This document shows, piece after piece, positions 34,382 through 43,693 of a stretch of DNA of 64,000 nt (position 1 is its first letter; each line of letters begins with the position of its first letter). Both the position numbers and the translations under genes were made by a program. The DNA comes from Alphaproteobacteria bacterium. Its GTDB lineage: Bacteria; Pseudomonadota; Alphaproteobacteria; Caulobacterales; Hyphomonadaceae. The stretch covers positions 210 to 64,209 of the forward strand of contig JAAANZ010000023.1 of the NCBI GenBank assembly GCA_009909065.1. The letters are read 5' to 3'. The notes below the pieces were generated by a model. It searched no databases. It saw only the letters and a program-made list of their open reading frames with translations, and was not told the origin of the DNA.

Positions 34382-35668
34382 ATGATCATCGGAACTGCCA
34401 TCGCCATTCTCTGCCTGCTCTGCATGTCGGGTTTCTTTTCCGGCTCGGAGACCGCCCTGACCGCGGCCTCGCGTGCGCGTATGCACTCGCTCGAAAAGGA
34501 GGGCGACAAGCGCGCCGCCGCTGTCAACCGCCTGCTGGCCGACCGCGAGGGCCTGATCGGTGCCATCCTGCTGGGCAACAATCTCATCAATATCCTCGCC
34601 TCGGCACTGGCCACCTCGCTGTTCATCTCGCTGTTCGGGCCTGGCGGACTGGCGACGGCCCTGGCGACGGCTTTGATGACCATACTGGTCCTCGTCTTTG
34701 CCGAGGTCCTGCCCAAGACCTATGCGATCACGCGGTCGGATTCGATGGCGATGAGCGTGGCACGACCGATCGGCTGGGTTGTCATGTCTGTCGGCTGGAT
34801 CGTCACCGGCATACAGGCGATCGTGAATACCACGCTGCACCTGATCGGCGTGCGCGAGGCCAGCGAAATGGTCGCTTTCGAGGAAGAGATCCGCGGTGTC
34901 GTGGAATACCACCATTCGGAAGGCGGCATGGGCCCGGCCGAGCGGCACAGGCTGGTCGGGGCGCTCGATATCATGGACCTGACCATCGAGGAGGTCATGA
35001 TCCACCGGAAGAATATCAACATGCTGGACGCCGAGCTCGGCCCGCGTGAACTGATCATGAAAGCGCTGGCCAGCCCGCATACGCGCCTGCCGCTTTATCG
35101 CGGCGACCAGGAAGAGATTGTCGGCATCCTCCACGCCAAGGATCTGCTTCGCGTGATTGCGGCGCAGGGCGGAGACCTGGACAATCTGGACATTTCCGAG
35201 ATCATCCGAGAACCCTGGTTCGTGCCGGAAACGACGCCGGTGCAGGACCAGCTCGACCAGTTCCTGCAGAAGCGCAGTCATTTTGCGCTGGTTGTCGATG
35301 AATATGGCGCCTTGCAGGGCCTGGTGACGCTGGAGGACATTCTCGAGGAAATCGTCGGCGATATCCGCGACGAGCACGATGTCCCGGTTCAGGGCGTGCG
35401 CCCGCAGCCCGATGGCTCGGTCAATGTCGATGGATGGGTCACGATCCGCGATCTCAACCGTGCCACTGGCTGGGACCTGCCCGATGAGGGGGCGGTCACG
35501 GTGGCCGGGCTCGTTATCCACGAGGCCCAGACCATTCCCGAGCCCGGCCAGTGCTTCGCCTTTCACGGTTACCAGTTCGATGTCCTGCGCCGCATGCGCA
35601 ACCAGATCACCGGACTGAAGGTTCAGGCGCTTGACGCCGACGAGAGCGTCGAGGCCGTGGGCAACTGA
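34382..35668 (+). CDS. HlyC/CorC (CNNM/TlyC) family transporter
   Basis: N-terminal DUF21 membrane domain (FFSGSETALT), a CBS pair, and a C-terminal CorC_HlyC domain (ALVVDEYGALQGLVTLEDILEEIVGDI...). Confidence 0.88.
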   Translation: MIIGTAIAILCLLCMSGFFSGSETALTAASRARMHSLEKEGDKRAAAVNRLLADREGLIGAILLGNNLINILASALATSLFISLFGPGGLATALATALMTILVLVFAEVLPKTYAITRSDSMAMSVARPIGWVVMSVGWIVTGIQAIVNTTLHLIGVREASEMVAFEEEIRGVVEYHHSEGGMGPAERHRLVGALDIMDLTIEEVMIHRKNINMLDAELGPRELIMKALASPHTRLPLYRGDQEEIVGILHAKDLLRVIAAQGGDLDNLDISEIIREPWFVPETTPVQDQLDQFLQKRSHFALVVDEYGALQGLVTLEDILEEIVGDIRDEHDVPVQGVRPQPDGSVNVDGWVTIRDLNRATGWDLPDEGAVTVAGLVIHEAQTIPEPGQCFAFHGYQFDVLRRMRNQITGLKVQALDADESVEAVGN

Positions 35669-35741
35669 ACGCGCCGGCATGGTTGACTTCCCCAGCGTCG
35701 GACCTCTCGCATGAGCGCGACGACAAACTGGAGGAAGATCA

Positions 35742-36746
35742 ATGAAGGTTGCGTGCCTGAAAAAGCCCGGCGGACTTGAAAATATCGTGATCGAGGAGCG
35801 CAAGGATCCTGCGCCGGGACCGGGTGAAGTGCTGATGCGGTGCCGGGCGAGTTCCCTGAACTTCCATGACTTCGCGGTCGTTTCAGGGATGATTTCCTGC
35901 GATGACGGACGCATTCCGATGTCTGACGGAGCTGGCGAGGTTGCGGCTGTGGGCGATGGCGTGCGGCGCTTCATGCCGGGCGACCTGGCGGTCTCCACCT
36001 TTTTCCCGAACTGGACGGGCGGCGAACCGGAGCTGGCGCGCCTTCTGGGGGTGCCGGGCGATCATGCCGACGGTTTTGCCGCCGAATATGTCGTGATGCC
36101 CGAAACGGCGCTGACCCGCGCGCCGGCCGGCTATGATGCCGGTGAGGCGGCGACGCTGCCCTGCGCGGCGCTGACCGCCTGGCGTGCCCTCATGGTGGAA
36201 GCGAAGGTCAAGCCCGGCGACTGGGTGCTCACACAGGGCACGGGCGGTGTGTCGATCTTTGCGCTGCAGTTTGCCAAGGCCGCCGGATGCCGGGTGATCG
36301 CCACCTCATCCTCGGATGAAAAGCTCGAAAGGCTGAAATCGCTGGGTGCCGATCATCTCATCAATTACAAGGAAACCCCGGAATGGGGAAAGGCGGCCAA
36401 GGAATTCACCGGCGGGCGCGGGGTCGATGAGGTTGTCGAGATCGGCGGGCCCGGCACGCTCGCCCAATCGATCACGGCCGCGCGCATAGGCGGCCATATC
36501 TCGCTCATCGGCGTGCTGACGGGAATTTCCGGAGAAGTGCCCACGGCCCAGCTGTTCAGCGCGAACATCACGCTGAAGGGCATCACTGTCGGCTCACGCG
36601 ACGAACAGGAAGACATGATCGCCGCGATCGAGGCCAATGGCATCAAGCCGGTGATCAGCGACCGTTTCCCCTTGGACGACCTGGCCGGCGCCTTCGCCCA
36701 TCAGGCCGCCCAGAAGCATTTCGGGAAGATTGTTGTCGATATCTAG
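35742..36746 (+). CDS. zinc-type/MDR-family NAD(P)-dependent oxidoreductase
   Basis: GroES-like N-terminal part (GPGEVLMRCRASSLNFHD) and the Rossmann motif VLTQGTGGVSIFALQFAKAAGCRVIATSSS. Confidence 0.85.
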   Translation: MKVACLKKPGGLENIVIEERKDPAPGPGEVLMRCRASSLNFHDFAVVSGMISCDDGRIPMSDGAGEVAAVGDGVRRFMPGDLAVSTFFPNWTGGEPELARLLGVPGDHADGFAAEYVVMPETALTRAPAGYDAGEAATLPCAALTAWRALMVEAKVKPGDWVLTQGTGGVSIFALQFAKAAGCRVIATSSSDEKLERLKSLGADHLINYKETPEWGKAAKEFTGGRGVDEVVEIGGPGTLAQSITAARIGGHISLIGVLTGISGEVPTAQLFSANITLKGITVGSRDEQEDMIAAIEANGIKPVISDRFPLDDLAGAFAHQAAQKHFGKIVVDI

Positions 36747-36865
36747 AGCCCATTCGGAGCCAACGGATCTCTCTTCGAACGAAGAGGCGCGGCGAAACAG
36801 GAAACCCGCGTATCTCGATTGGCTCCGATTGACTTGAAGACGCGTCGGAACGGGACTGAGCGCGC

Positions 36866-37096
36866 TCAAGCCGGGCGGGTCTTGAGGGCGAGGGCATGCA
36901 GTTCCCCGCCCATCTTGCCCTTGAGCGCGCTATAGACAAGCTGGTGCTGGCGAACCCGGCTGAGCCCCTCGAAGGCGGGGGAGACGATTTCGGCCTGCCA
37001 GTGATCATTGTCCCCGGCCAGGTCGGTCAGTGTGATCTCGGCGTCGGGAAAAGCCTCTTTCAGGTGCGTTTCCAGTGTATCTCGGTCCATGGCCAT
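36866..37096 (-). CDS. BolA-family protein
   Basis: MAMDRDTLETHLKEAFPDAEITLTDLAGDNDHWQAEIVSPAFEGLSRVRQHQLVYSAL...HALALKT matches the BolA pattern (F.G.S...RH..V...L...IHA). The track ORF extends to 37231 into the rnpB region, so I use ATG 37096. Confidence 0.8.
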   Translation of the reverse strand: MAMDRDTLETHLKEAFPDAEITLTDLAGDNDHWQAEIVSPAFEGLSRVRQHQLVYSALKGKMGGELHALALKTRPA

Positions 37097-37151
37097 GGGC
37101 AGCATCCTTGTCTTTTCCTCCCGAGGGATGGGGCCAGTCCGTCTCCGGTTC

Positions 37152-37540
37152 AAGAGGCGACCAGGCGGCCTGTAAGCCGGGTTCTGTCCTTTCCTGGCGG
37201 AAAGGGGCAGCCATTCCTCTGCACGGCCCATTGCTGGGCCGCGTCAAGCGACACACCCGGGGCGCATGGCCGGAGACGGGCCCTGTGCGCCCCCTACTCG
37301 GTCTTGCTCCGGGCGGGGTTTACCATGCCGCGACCGTTGCCGGCCGCGCGGTGGGCGCTTACCCCACCCTTTCACCCTTACCGCTGACCAAAGTCAGCGG
37401 CGGTCTGCTTTCTGTGGCACTTTCCCTCGGCTTGCGCCGGGCGGGTGTTACCCGCCGCCCTGTCTCCATGGAGCCCGGACTTTCCTCCATCACCGGCCCG
37501 AAGGCCGGCAACAGCGGCTGCCCGGCCGCCTGGTCAGTCA
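37152..37540 (-). ncRNA. rnpB: RNase P RNA (bacterial type A)
   Basis: The minus strand reads ..CCAGGCGGCC...GGAGGAAAGTCCGGGCTCCATGGAGACAGGGCGGCGGGTAACACCCGCC...GGTAAGGGTGAAAGGGTGGGGTAAGCGCCCACCG...GGTAAACCCCGCCCGGAGCAAGACC...ACAGAACCCGGCTTACAGGCCGCCTGG. It carries the universally conserved P4 and J-regions, and a P1 pairing CCAGGCGGCC/GGCCGCCTGG. The ends are approximate (+/-10 nt). Confidence 0.92.
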
Positions 37541-37635
37541 GTTACATAAGCGGTTCAGGCCGCACATGCCAGAGACTGGCCAAACTTCAGTGCGCCGTTT
37601 AGGGCAGGTCTCGACAAGGGAGCCCGGACCTGGGA

Positions 37636-38511
37636 ATGACCGACATGCACAGCGAATCGAAGCCGCGACCCTGGTGGATGTGGTGGCTTGTCCTGCCCCT
37701 CTGGCGCGCATTCCGGCGCATGTCGCACCCCAATGTCCGGATCGTGACGGGCGGCATCGCCTTCTATGCGCTGTTCTCGATTTTCCCGCTGATCTATTTG
37801 ACGCTGACGGTCCTGATCGCCGTTGTGCCCGACGATATGAGCGAGCAGATCGCCGGCTCGATCAGCCAGGTCTTGTCGAGTAATGTCGCGCCGCTCAACC
37901 GGGAAGATGTGAGCATCATCTCGCAGCTCACCCCGCAGGGACTGACCGTGCGCGCCGTGGTCGCCTTCATTCTCGTGGCCTATACCGCCTCGGCCGGCGC
38001 CAAGGCGGCGATCACGGGCGTGCGCATGATCGCGGGCGGTGAGCAGAAGACGCGCATGCTGCGCTTCCAGGCGACCTCCCTTCTCATGACCACCCTCATG
38101 GTCCTGCTGGTCTGGGGACTTGGCGCCGCGCAACTGACCATCACCGCGATCCGCGAAGCCAGCGGGCCGGCCGCGGAGTTTGCAGGCCTGATCGCCCGGG
38201 CGGCCTCGACGCTCTGGATCACCAAATGGGTGGCGAGCTTCCTGCTTTTCTATCTCGTGATCGCATTGTCGCTTCGCCAGCATAGCGGGCGCGCCCGACT
38301 GGTCGGGGCGGCGGTCGGCGCAGTTGGCTGGCTGGCCATCACCTGGGGGTTCCAGCTCTATCTGCGCTTTTCCGTTCTGGACACGATTTATGGCGCCCTG
38401 GCCTCGCTGATCCTGGCCTTTATCTGGCTGACCGCCTCGGTCTCCTCGCTCCTGTTCGGGGCCGCGCTGGCGGTCGAACTCGCCAGGGTTCAGCCGCGCC
38501 AGGCCCGGTAG
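37636..38511 (+). CDS. YihY/BrkB-family inner-membrane protein
   Basis: 291 aa, polytopic, with the N-terminal signature GGIAFYALFSIFPLI. Confidence 0.8.
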   Translation: MTDMHSESKPRPWWMWWLVLPLWRAFRRMSHPNVRIVTGGIAFYALFSIFPLIYLTLTVLIAVVPDDMSEQIAGSISQVLSSNVAPLNREDVSIISQLTPQGLTVRAVVAFILVAYTASAGAKAAITGVRMIAGGEQKTRMLRFQATSLLMTTLMVLLVWGLGAAQLTITAIREASGPAAEFAGLIARAASTLWITKWVASFLLFYLVIALSLRQHSGRARLVGAAVGAVGWLAITWGFQLYLRFSVLDTIYGALASLILAFIWLTASVSSLLFGAALAVELARVQPRQAR

Positions 38512-39254
38512 GCGTCGTTCACGGCCGCGATCATGGCAAGGCAGGAAAGGTCCGCTTCGCCGGTGACCTGCCGTGGGCGCCAGCGACGCTGGAAGGCCGT
38601 GACGACCGCTTCGGTCCGGGCGTCGAAGACGCCGCTCCGGGGCAGGTCATAGCCGATGGCGGCGAGCTGGTCCTGCATGCGGCGCACCGCCGGGCCGCTC
38701 TCGCCGGAGACAAGCCCGCGCCCGCGCAGGGCTTGCCCCGTCAGCTGCGGCGCCTTCTCAGGCCAGAGGCCGATTCCGTGCCTGGCCAGGCGTTCCCAGG
38801 GGAAATGCTCGCCGGGATCGCGCTTTCGCTCCGGGGCGATGTCGCTATGGCCGACAATGCGTGTCTGGGGAATGGCATGGCGCGTGAGTATTGCCTGGCA
38901 GAGGCTGGTGACAGCGGCGACCTGCACATCGCGAAACGGGGACAGGCCACCCTCGTCGAGCGGGAAGTCATGCCCGCCATTGACGATCTCGACGCCGATG
39001 CTGCGTGAATTGAGGTCGTCATCGCCCTGCCAGGAGGCCGCACCGGCATGCCAGGCGCGGTGGGCCTCATCCACCATCTGGATGATAAGGCCATCCTCGA
39101 GCACAACATAATGGGCCGAGACGCTGGCCTCCGGGTCCGCCAGCCGCGACAGCGCCGCCTCGGCGCTCTTCATGCCGGTATAATGCAGGACCAGCATGTC
39201 CAGCCGATGCCGGCGGGCATTGAAATTGGGGCTGGCTCGCCAGGCGATCCGCAT
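38490..39254 (-). CDS. N-acetylmuramoyl-L-alanine amidase (Amidase_2/AmpD-like) with C-terminal peptidoglycan-binding domain
   Basis: LVLHYTGM, SAHYVV..DG.I.QMV....AWHAG.S.W and SIGVEIVN are present, along with a C-terminal PG_binding_1-like segment GPAVRRMQDQLAAIGYDL..SGVFDARTEAVVTAFQRRW. Confidence 0.88.
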   Translation of the reverse strand: MRIAWRASPNFNARRHRLDMLVLHYTGMKSAEAALSRLADPEASVSAHYVVLEDGLIIQMVDEAHRAWHAGAASWQGDDDLNSRSIGVEIVNGGHDFPLDEGGLSPFRDVQVAAVTSLCQAILTRHAIPQTRIVGHSDIAPERKRDPGEHFPWERLARHGIGLWPEKAPQLTGQALRGRGLVSGESGPAVRRMQDQLAAIGYDLPRSGVFDARTEAVVTAFQRRWRPRQVTGEADLSCLAMIAAVNDAYRAWRG

Positions 39255-40153
39255 CAGCTCGCCCCCCCGATCTTGCGCCCGAAAGCGGCTTCGGGAAGCG
39301 CCTTGTTGCGTCGCACGGCAATGACGAAAACCCCGCTCAGGGAAATGGCGGCCCCGGCGATGAGGCGCAGCGTCAGCGGTTCGCCAAGCAGGGTGATGCC
39401 GAACACCACGCCCCAGATCGGCGTCATCAGGGTCAGTGGCGAGAGCAGCGAGACATCATATTTCTTGATTAGGCTGTAAAAGCCGCCATGGCCGAAAATC
39501 GACACGCCGAGCACGGCAAAGGCGGTCGCAAGCCAGACCATCCAGCCGCCGGCGGAATAGCTCGCCGCCTGACCCGACTCCAGGGCAAAGGAGAGCGCGA
39601 AGAGTGGGGCAAACGAGAACATGCCCACCCAGGCCTGCATCCGAAAGGCCGAGATCGGCGCCATCCGCTTCATCAGGATGCCGCCGCACGCGCCGATAAA
39701 GGCGGATATCACGACATAGACGAGGCCGAAGGACAGTGCCATGCCGTCCGGGTCGATCGCGATCAGCATGGAGCCGGCAAAGGCCAGCATGATGCCCAGC
39801 CCGCGCCGCCAGCCCACGGTTTCTCCGAGAAACGCCATGGACAGCAGCGTGGAAAACGGCACGCCCAGCTGGCCGACCACGGCCACTGCGCTCGCCTCGG
39901 CGCTGGCAAGGCCCAGGAACAGGAGGGCGAAATGGGCCGCGCCGATACACATCGATATGATGAAGAGGGTCTTCAGGTCGCCGGGAAGGGGGCGCAGGAA
40001 CGGCGCAAGCACCAGCGCAATCCCGGCAAAGCGCACTGCCGCAAAGAAGATCGGCGGCACGCCGGCATCGGCCACCACCCAGCGCGTGACCACGATATTC
40101 AGCCCCCAGACGAGGCAGACGGCGAAAAGGAGGGCGAAGTCGCGGAAATTCAT
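39254..40153 (-). CDS. DMT (EamA-like) family permease
   Basis: 299 aa with 10 hydrophobic helices and duplicated EamA halves. Its stop overlaps the downstream amidase start (TGATG). Confidence 0.85.
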   Translation of the reverse strand: MNFRDFALLFAVCLVWGLNIVVTRWVVADAGVPPIFFAAVRFAGIALVLAPFLRPLPGDLKTLFIISMCIGAAHFALLFLGLASAEASAVAVVGQLGVPFSTLLSMAFLGETVGWRRGLGIMLAFAGSMLIAIDPDGMALSFGLVYVVISAFIGACGGILMKRMAPISAFRMQAWVGMFSFAPLFALSFALESGQAASYSAGGWMVWLATAFAVLGVSIFGHGGFYSLIKKYDVSLLSPLTLMTPIWGVVFGITLLGEPLTLRLIAGAAISLSGVFVIAVRRNKALPEAAFGRKIGGAS

Positions 40154-40205
40154 TCCGCGGGGCCTAGCAGGCTTTCATGTCGCTTGGGAGACAGAAATGC
40201 GGTCG

Positions 40206-40562
40206 TCAGTTCAGTACCTTGACCCTGTTGCGATCTTCGAGAAGGATCACCGTCGGCGCATATTGTTTGGCCTCCTCGGCATCGATCTGGGCGAAGGCGG
40301 CGATGATCACCGTATCGCCGACCGCGAAATGGCGCGCGGCGGCGCCGTTCACCCCGATCGTCTTCGAGCCGCGCGGCGCTTCCAGGGCATAGGTGGAGAT
40401 ACGCGCCCCATTGGTGACATTCCAGATATCCACGCGCTCATGGGGCAGAATGCCGGAGGCGTCGAGCAGGTCCTGGTCGATGGAAACCGAGCCTTCATAA
40501 TGAAGGTCGCACTGCGTCACGGTGGCAGAATGCAGTTTGGCTTTCAGCATGTTGAGCAGCAT
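40206..40562 (-). CDS. panD: aspartate 1-decarboxylase
   Basis: [29 protein letters not shown] contains the G-S self-cleavage site. It also has [15 protein letters not shown] and is 118 aa long. Confidence 0.93.
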   Translation of the reverse strand: MLLNMLKAKLHSATVTQCDLHYEGSVSIDQDLLDASGILPHERVDIWNVTNGARISTYALEAPRGSKTIGVNGAAARHFAVGDTVIIAAFAQIDAEEAKQYAPTVILLEDRNRVKVLN

Positions 40563-40769
40563 GCTCCATAACTCCCTGTCGTTCCTTGTGGCGCACCTCT
40601 CCGGGCCGCCGCGGCGGCGTTGATACCCGCCACCTGTGACCTAACGTAACTTGTTTCGCTGCAACGCAGAACAGCGGCAGATATGCATTTTCTGCGCCCA
40701 GGGTCAAAACCTGAGTCGGATAGACAGGTTCCGCCTGTGCGCGCGGGATTTTCTGCAGGTGCGAAAATG

Positions 40770-41735
40770 TCAGGCTCCGGTCATGTCGGCCAGGACATGC
40801 GCGAGCAGCTTCTGGAAGCCCTTCGCGAACAAGGGCGACCAGGTATGGTCGTCACTGTCGATCGGTTTGGTCGAATTAAGCCCCGCCACCAGCATGTCGC
40901 CATCTGATAGCATCATCCAGGGCCCGCCGGAGGAGCCCTCGGTCAGACCGTTTTGCGCCTTCATCACATGCAGCGCGCCGCTATCAAGGCGTTGGCCGGT
41001 GCTGGCGAACAGGAACCGTCCGTCGAATTCGAAGCCCGATCCGGGACGGCGCGGATAGCCGAGGCTGGAAAACGGCCCGTCCGGAACCGTGTTGGCGAGG
41101 AGGCCAGCGGTGCCTGTCACGTGCGAGATGGGCGCATCGATGCGGATGAAGGCAAAATCATGCGCCCCGGCGCCGGTGCCGGGCGCAGGAGCTTTCCATC
41201 CGCTGAGAATATAGGCGCGTTTGCCTGCCCAGTTGCCGGCGCCGCGCTCGCCCTTGTATTGCGGCTGGAACAGTACCCAGTCGGCAAAGCCGCGCTGGCC
41301 GGTCAGGTCGGCGCCGCGCGAGAAGGCGCAGTGGGCGGCTGTCAGAACAACCCGCTCGGTGACCACGGTGCCCGTGCAATAGCGGATACGTCCGTCAAAG
41401 CTGGCCGTGATGCGTCCCACGGCCGAAACCGGGTGTCGGGCCGGGTCAGCAACGGCTTCGGTGATCGCGCCGTCCAGCCTTTCCGGGGCGGACACAAGCC
41501 GCTGGAGGCCATCGGTTTGCGGGCCAGCATCGGCCGGCGCAATGCCCGGCTTGACGAGCGTGGCCGCTTCCAGCCGGTCGATACTGCCCGGCCCGGGCTT
41601 GCGCGAAAGATCGAGCTGCATCTCGAATACGCCCGCACCGGCCGGCGGGGGCTCGGCCTGCGACACCGCGCGTTCATGGCCCGGCGGCGGCTGCAAGGCG
41701 GCTTGCAGTACGTCAAGATTGGCGTCGATATCCAT
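40770..41735 (-). CDS. trypsin-like (S1, V8/glutamyl-endopeptidase-like) serine peptidase
   Basis: The catalytic triad context is visible: TAAHC (His), HDFAFIRI (Asp), EGSSGGPW (Ser). About 110 aa of N-terminal extension carries no obvious signal peptide. Confidence 0.75.
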   Translation of the reverse strand: MDIDANLDVLQAALQPPPGHERAVSQAEPPPAGAGVFEMQLDLSRKPGPGSIDRLEAATLVKPGIAPADAGPQTDGLQRLVSAPERLDGAITEAVADPARHPVSAVGRITASFDGRIRYCTGTVVTERVVLTAAHCAFSRGADLTGQRGFADWVLFQPQYKGERGAGNWAGKRAYILSGWKAPAPGTGAGAHDFAFIRIDAPISHVTGTAGLLANTVPDGPFSSLGYPRRPGSGFEFDGRFLFASTGQRLDSGALHVMKAQNGLTEGSSGGPWMMLSDGDMLVAGLNSTKPIDSDDHTWSPLFAKGFQKLLAHVLADMTGA

Positions 41736-41795
41736 GGTCGCATCATGCCGGCCGGGAATGAAGAAAGTCCAGCATGCCGGACAGTTTCACGCCGT

Positions 41796-43565
41796 TCAGG
41801 CGATATCGAACAGGGCCTCGCCCTCTTCGATAGCGAATTTTCCGCCCTCGGTGATGCCGGCGACACGCCCCGGGGCCTCCGCGAGCGCGGTTTCCGCAAA
41901 GAAACCGGCCAGGGCGGTCATTCGCGCGCGCTGGCGGGCATTTTCCTCCCGGGCCGCCACAGCGCTGCGCGCCAGGAAATGCCCGCCAATCACATCGCCG
42001 GCAAGCTCGAGATAGGCGGTCGCGCCGGCCAGCGCGCGCTGGCGGTCGGACTGCATCGCATCCACCAGCCAGGCCGTTGCGCTGTCCAGCGCACCGGCAG
42101 CCGCTTCGAGCCGGTCGGCAACCTGCACCAGCTGGGGGTCGTTTGTTGCGCGGGCCTCGCGCACGGTGTCATGGATCTCGCCCAGCATGGCATTCATGGC
42201 CGCGCCGCCGTCACGCGCGACCTTTCGCCCGGCAAGATCGATGGCCTGGATGCCGTTCGTGCCTTCATAGATCGGCGCGATCCGGGCATCGCGATACAAC
42301 TGCGCGGCCAGGGTTTCATCCATGAATCCCATGCCGCCATGCACCTGAACGCCGAGACTGGCCATTTCCACGCCCATATCGGTGGACCAGGCCTTGGCGA
42401 TCGGGGTGAGCAGGTCCTCGCGCGCGGCCGCGGCGGTGCGCGCCTCGTCGCTGTCAGCGGTTTCGGCGAGATCGGCGGCCACACCGCAGGCATAGCAGAT
42501 CGCGCGTGCCGCCATGACATGGGCCCGCATCGTGGTCAGCGTGCGCCGGATATCGGCATGGTGAAGGATCGGGGCGGGGCCCTCCACACCCTCGGCTCGG
42601 CCCTGCTTGCGCTCCTGGGCATGGGACCAGGCGGTCTGCCAGGCGGCCTCGCCCACGCCCACGCCCTCCAGGCCGACATTCAGGCGCGCCGAGTTCATCA
42701 TGGTGAACATATGGGCAAGCCCCTTGTTCTCCTCGCCAACCAGCCAGCCCGTTGCGCCATCATACTCCATCACGCAGGTCGGGCTGGCATGGATGCCGAG
42801 CTTCTTTTCCAGGCCGATACAGGTCACGCCATTGCGCGGCCCCGGCGACCCGTCCGCATTCACGAGCCTCTTGGGCACCACGAAGAGGGAGACGCCTTTC
42901 GAGCCCTCGGGCGCGTCCGGCAGGCGGGCGAGCACCAGGTGGATGATATTCTCCGCCATGTCATGATCGCCCCAAGTGATATAGATCTTCTGCCCGGACA
43001 GGGCATAGCTGCCATCGCCATTCGCCACCGCACGAGTCTTGAGCGCGCCGACATCGGAGCCGGCCTGGGGCTCGGTCAGGTTCATGGTCCCGGTCCACTC
43101 GCCCGATATGAGCCGCGGCAGGAACATCTCCTGCTGGTGCGGCGTGCCGTGCGCGATGAGCGCTTCGATCGCGCCGAATGTCAGCAGAGGGCACAGCCCG
43201 AAGGACATGTTGGCGCCATGCACCATTTCCATCACCGCCAGCGCGAGGCCCTTGGGCAGCCCCTGCCCGCCAAATTCCTCGGGAAAGGCGAGGCCCATCC
43301 AGCCGCCATCGCGAAACGCACCATAGGCCTCGGCAAATCCGGGGGCGGTCTTCACGCCGTCTGCGGTCAGTTGCGCCCCGATCCGGTCGCCTTCGGCATT
43401 GAGCGGCGCGAGAATATCTCGCGAGAGTTTTCCGGCTTCTTCGAGGATCGGCGCGACCAGTTCGGGATCGAAAGCGTCCATTCCGGGCCGGCCTTCCAGC
43501 CGCCCGAGGCCGGCGACGCGCTCCAGAATGAAGGCGATGTCATCTGTCGGTGCGGTGTAGCTCAT
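41796..43565 (-). CDS. long-form acyl-CoA dehydrogenase (FadE/AidB-like with extra C-terminal domain)
   Basis: ACAD middle-domain and C-terminal motifs are present (GTMNLTEPQAGSD, KIYITWGDHD, QVHGGMGFMDE, RIAPIYEGTNGIQ). Preferred start is MSYTAPTDD at 43565; the track ORF starts at 43583. Confidence 0.88.
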   Translation of the reverse strand: MSYTAPTDDIAFILERVAGLGRLEGRPGMDAFDPELVAPILEEAGKLSRDILAPLNAEGDRIGAQLTADGVKTAPGFAEAYGAFRDGGWMGLAFPEEFGGQGLPKGLALAVMEMVHGANMSFGLCPLLTFGAIEALIAHGTPHQQEMFLPRLISGEWTGTMNLTEPQAGSDVGALKTRAVANGDGSYALSGQKIYITWGDHDMAENIIHLVLARLPDAPEGSKGVSLFVVPKRLVNADGSPGPRNGVTCIGLEKKLGIHASPTCVMEYDGATGWLVGEENKGLAHMFTMMNSARLNVGLEGVGVGEAAWQTAWSHAQERKQGRAEGVEGPAPILHHADIRRTLTTMRAHVMAARAICYACGVAADLAETADSDEARTAAAAREDLLTPIAKAWSTDMGVEMASLGVQVHGGMGFMDETLAAQLYRDARIAPIYEGTNGIQAIDLAGRKVARDGGAAMNAMLGEIHDTVREARATNDPQLVQVADRLEAAAGALDSATAWLVDAMQSDRQRALAGATAYLELAGDVIGGHFLARSAVAAREENARQRARMTALAGFFAETALAEAPGRVAGITEGGKFAIEEGEALFDIA

Positions 43566-43693
43566 GCGCGCCTCGGAGTTCACGAATTTGTGTTCAACTG
43601 CTGTTTATCGTAACGCGCCTCTGGCATGTCTCAAAGGGTGCGCTATCTGGTCGCAAGTCGATCAGGCAATCAACCGGGAAGGAGTCCGATCCG

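Noticed and set aside
33149-35998. 949-aa minus-strand ORF spanning aroB, the CorC/HlyC gene and part of the oxidoreductase gene
   Set aside because: It is antisense to three genes with unmistakable family motifs. Its translation is Arg/Gly/Ala/His-rich low-complexity sequence with no motif I recognise. This is a typical stop-poor shadow frame in high-GC DNA.
36896-37883. Three overlapping + strand ORFs (163, 175 and 205 aa) between the bolA-like and yihY-like genes
   Set aside because: The region is RNase P RNA on the minus strand. The ORFs are Pro/Arg/Gly-rich artefacts.
40953-43613. 886-aa plus-strand ORF
   Set aside because: It is antisense to the S1 protease and acyl-CoA dehydrogenase genes. 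It shows Arg/Gly-rich shadow-frame composition and no start context.
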